Shown here: one piece after another, positions 60,823 to 64,000 of the stretch
How the letters are laid out: every line of letters begins with the position of its first letter
How positions within the stretch are numbered: position 1 is the first letter of the stretch
NCBI GenBank assembly: GCA_963518725.1
Contig: CAUQLO010000001.1
Location: forward strand, 2,131-66,130
DNA: 64,000 bases
Origin: an uncultured Veillonella sp.
Lineage (GTDB): Bacteria; Bacillota; Negativicutes; Veillonellales; Veillonellaceae
Reading direction: 5' to 3'
Made by a program: the position numbers and the translations under genes
The notes under the pieces: model-generated
Databases searched by the model: none
Told to the model about the DNA's origin: nothing
What the model saw: only the letters and a program-made list of their open reading frames with translations

Positions 60823-61944
60823 ATGGGAAATTTTGTTTACATCCAAGAAGAAAAACTTAACGCATTCTGTCAAGACGCATTCGAAGGATTTGGTTTCAGT
60901 CCTGAAGAAGCAGGTATCATTAAAGACGTATTGATGATGTCCGACATGTACGGTATCCAATCTCACGGTATGCAACGTGTAGTTCGTTACCACAAAGGCA
61001 TTGAAAAAGGTCTTATCGACATCAATGCAAAACCAGAAGTTGTTTTCGAAACTCCAGTATCTGCAGTTATCGAAGGTCATGATGCAATGGGTCAATTAGT
61101 TGGTCACTATGCAATGGAATTGGCTATTAAAAAAGCTAAAGAAACAGGCGTTGGTATCGTATCCGCTCGTAACTCTAACCACTATGGTATCGCTGGTTAC
61201 TATGCAAACCTTGCATTAAAAGAAGGCTTAATCGGCTTCTCTTGCACTAACTCCGAAGCAATTATGGTGCCTACATTCGCTCGTAAAGCAATGCTTGGTT
61301 CCAACCCAATCGCTTTCACAATGCCAGCTGAACCATACAACTTCTTCTTCGACGCTTCTACAACAGTAGTAACTCGTGGTAAATTAGAAATGTACAACAA
61401 ATTAGGTAAACAATTGCCTAACGGTTGGGCATTGAATAAAGACGGTAAAGCATCTCAAGATGCTGCTGAAGTATTAGGCAATATCTCTGACCACGTTGGT
61501 GGCGGTATCATGCCTTTAGGTGGTAACACTGAACAATTAGGTTCCCACAAAGGTTATGGTTACGGTATGCTTTGTGAAATCTTCGCATCTATCTTCTCTC
61601 AAGGTGGTACATCCAATAAATGTATGACTGGTGGCCGTTCCAACATTTGTCATGGTTTCATGGCTATCAACCCAGCTATCTTCGGTAACCCAGAAGAAGT
61701 TAAAAAACACTTCTCCACATTCTTACAAGAACTTCGCGAAGCTCCTAAAGCTGAAGGTGCTGAACGCATCTACACTCATGGTGAAAAAGAAGCAGAAGCT
61801 ATCGAAGTTTGCCGTAAAGAAGGTGTGCCAGTTATCGATAAAACAGTGGCAGAATTATTCGATGTATGCGAATTGTTGAAATTGGATCCTAAAAAATACT
61901 TCGGCGACTATGAACCACCTAAAGCAGTTGCTTCCAACTACTAA
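60823..61944 (+). CDS. type-2 malate/L-lactate dehydrogenase-family oxidoreductase (Ldh_2)
   Basis: GIQSHG, NSNHYGIAGYY, GSNPIA, HKGYG; strongly biased codon usage. Confidence 0.88.
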   Translation: MGNFVYIQEEKLNAFCQDAFEGFGFSPEEAGIIKDVLMMSDMYGIQSHGMQRVVRYHKGIEKGLIDINAKPEVVFETPVSAVIEGHDAMGQLVGHYAMELAIKKAKETGVGIVSARNSNHYGIAGYYANLALKEGLIGFSCTNSEAIMVPTFARKAMLGSNPIAFTMPAEPYNFFFDASTTVVTRGKLEMYNKLGKQLPNGWALNKDGKASQDAAEVLGNISDHVGGGIMPLGGNTEQLGSHKGYGYGMLCEIFASIFSQGGTSNKCMTGGRSNICHGFMAINPAIFGNPEEVKKHFSTFLQELREAPKAEGAERIYTHGEKEAEAIEVCRKEGVPVIDKTVAELFDVCELLKLDPKKYFGDYEPPKAVASNY

Positions 61945-62058
61945 TTTGCAGTTCAATAGCTGACAATTAAAGATCTTTATCGATGCAGAATCAGTAGTTT
62001 TGTATCCCTAAGGAATACTTCTTAGAGACTGGTAACAGTCAACATCTTTGAACATATG

Positions 62059-62090
62059 AGAGAGGGAATCTGTGGATTTCCTCTCTTTTT
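62059..62090 (+). terminator. terminator after the Ldh2 gene
   Basis: AGAGAGGGAATC-tgtg-GATTTCCTCTCT followed by T-run. Confidence 0.7.
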
Positions 62091-62161
62091 GTTTATATCA
62101 CACTGTGCGTATGCTAGAATTTGAATTACAGTGATTCACACTATAGAAAGGGATTGTTAAT

Positions 62162-63796
62162 ATGGATATATTTTTAGCAGTCTTGCCGATCCTATGGCTT
62201 ATCATAGCGTTGGCAGTATTAAAAATGCCTGCATGGAAAGCATGTTTGGCAGCAGCAATTGGTACGTATATTTTAGCTGTTTTCTACTATGGAGAAAATG
62301 CATATATTATGTACACAGGGGCTATGGAAGGTGTTGCTCTTGCAGTTTGGCCAATTCTTTTGGTTATTACAGCAGCCATCTTCACATACCAATTAGTAGT
62401 TCATACTAAAGCGATGGAAACTATTAAAGTAATGTTATCTTCCGTAACTAGCGATATGCGTATTTTAGCCGTATTGTTAGCATGGGGCTTCGGTGCTTTC
62501 ATGGAAGGTATGGCAGGTTTCGGGACAGCCGTTGCAATTCCAGCAGCAATGATGGTAGCAGTAGGCTTTGATCCATTGAAATCTATCTTGGCTTGTTTGG
62601 TAGCAAACTCCGTACCTACAACATTCGGTTCGATTGCGATTCCAACAACAACATTGGCATCTTTGACTGGTCTACAACCAGCTGAATTGGGTACATTCAT
62701 TGCAGTGCAATTATTCTTCTTAAACGTAATTACTCCATTCTTCATCGTAGGCATCATTGCTGGTGGTGTAAAAGCAATTAAAGGTGTATTCGTACAAACT
62801 TTATTAGCTGGTTTGGCATTGGCAATTCCAGAATTGTTGATCAGTATGTATGCAGGTGGTCCAGAACTTGCTGTTATGGGCTCTTCCATCGTAATCATGG
62901 GTGTGATCATTGCAATCGCAAAATTAATGCCTGTTAACGATCCTGAGTACAAAGTTGAAGGTGGTGCAGCACGCACAGTATCTGCTAAAGAAGGCTTAAT
63001 TGCAGCATCTCCATTCATCTTGATCTTCATCTTGTTGATCGGTACATCTAAATTAGTACCAGCTGTATATAATGCATTGATGGTATTCAAAACATCTGTA
63101 CCTATCCATGCTGGTGTAAATGCAAAACCTTACACATTTGTTTGGATTGCAACTCCTGGTATTATGATTTTCATTTCTGCTTTAATTGGTGGTTTCATCC
63201 AAAAAGCAGGCCTTGGAACTCAAAAACAAGTATTAACTAACACTTTCAAAACATTGAAATTAACGTATGTAACAATTATTTCCGTGGTTGTGACTGCAAA
63301 ATTGATGACATACTCTGGTATGACTGGTATGATCGCTAACGCATTGGTAGCTGCAACTGGTACTATGTACCCTGCATTTGCTCCTGTAATTGGTGCGTTG
63401 GGTGCGTTCTTGACAGGTTCTGGTACAAATGCGAATGTATTGTTCGGACCATTGCAAACAGCAGCGGCTCATCAATTGACACCTGGTCATGATACATTAG
63501 CATTGTGGTTGGCAGCAACTAACTCTGGTTCCGCTGGTGTTGGTAAAATGTTCTCCCCACAAAGTATTGCGATTGCGATCGGTGCCGTAGGTCCTGCTCT
63601 TAACACTTTCATCGAAGAACACAAAATCGATGCACAAAAAGCTGACCAATTACGTCACTCCATTGATGCAAGTTCCATCATGGTTCATGTAGCTAAATAC
63701 TTCTTGTTATACTTAATTATTTCTGGTATTTTTGCTTACTTCGGTCAAGAATTCTTCCCTCAATTGGAAGGTATCTTAACAATGGTTAAGCACTAA
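62162..63796 (+). CDS. lctP: L-lactate permease (LctP family)
   Basis: FGAFMEGMAGFGTAVAIP, ANSVPTTFGS, FLTGSGTNANVLFG, KMFSPQSIA. Confidence 0.9.
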   Translation: MDIFLAVLPILWLIIALAVLKMPAWKACLAAAIGTYILAVFYYGENAYIMYTGAMEGVALAVWPILLVITAAIFTYQLVVHTKAMETIKVMLSSVTSDMRILAVLLAWGFGAFMEGMAGFGTAVAIPAAMMVAVGFDPLKSILACLVANSVPTTFGSIAIPTTTLASLTGLQPAELGTFIAVQLFFLNVITPFFIVGIIAGGVKAIKGVFVQTLLAGLALAIPELLISMYAGGPELAVMGSSIVIMGVIIAIAKLMPVNDPEYKVEGGAARTVSAKEGLIAASPFILIFILLIGTSKLVPAVYNALMVFKTSVPIHAGVNAKPYTFVWIATPGIMIFISALIGGFIQKAGLGTQKQVLTNTFKTLKLTYVTIISVVVTAKLMTYSGMTGMIANALVAATGTMYPAFAPVIGALGAFLTGSGTNANVLFGPLQTAAAHQLTPGHDTLALWLAATNSGSAGVGKMFSPQSIAIAIGAVGPALNTFIEEHKIDAQKADQLRHSIDASSIMVHVAKYFLLYLIISGIFAYFGQEFFPQLEGILTMVKH

Positions 63797-63822
63797 TTAC
63801 TATCTAGCATACAAAAACAGAG

Positions 63823-63854
63823 TAAGAGACAACATTTCGGTGTTGTCTCTTTTT
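63823..63854 (+). terminator. lctP terminator
   Basis: AAGAGACAACAT-ttcg-GTGTTGTCTCTT followed by T-run. Confidence 0.8.
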
Positions 63855-63918
63855 GTATTCCTATTAGATAATATATAGGCTCTTTGTCAAATGTGGGGGC
63901 TACTCATATAAAAGTTCT

Positions 63919-63948
63919 TAGCACTAGCTATTTAAATAGCTAGTGCTA
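63919..63948. repeat. perfect 30-bp palindrome followed by T-run
   Basis: TAGCACTAGCTATTT|AAATAGCTAGTGCTA. Confidence 0.8.
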
Positions 63949-64000
63949 TTTTTTGCTCAATAGCCCAATCTACCAAACGACACACATGGTAACGATCTGC

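Overview
A 64-kb chromosomal segment from a Negativicutes bacterium, most likely Veillonella-like (inferred from lutABC plus lactate permease, SLH/OmpM-like proteins and Firmicutes-type gene order). Most of it is housekeeping: ecfAA'T-truA, queT-queF under a preQ1-I riboswitch, addBA, potE, mscL/mscS, dapF, lutABC, ffs-dnaX-ybaB-recR, a UvrD helicase with an embedded DEDDh exonuclease, purA, ornithine decarboxylase, bioXWF with a BirA-type operator, rnj, yybS-gdpP-rplI-dnaB and an Ldh2-lctP pair. The most interesting signals are intergenic and absent from the ORF track. (1) A complete Fst/par-like type I toxin-antitoxin locus at 35770-36040, back-to-back with the SRP RNA gene: a 38-aa membrane peptide and a convergent ~70-nt RNA with two complementary boxes. 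(2) Five dispersed copies of an AGAGGAAAGTTGAT-N-ATCAACTTTCCTCT palindrome, one sitting directly in front of a decayed IS1182-like transposase start. (3) A multistem, ldcC-like RNA leader before potE. (4) An SRP RNA with a non-GNRA helix-8 loop. (5) A long structured leader on rnj. Family assignments rest on motif recognition by eye; no database searches were run.
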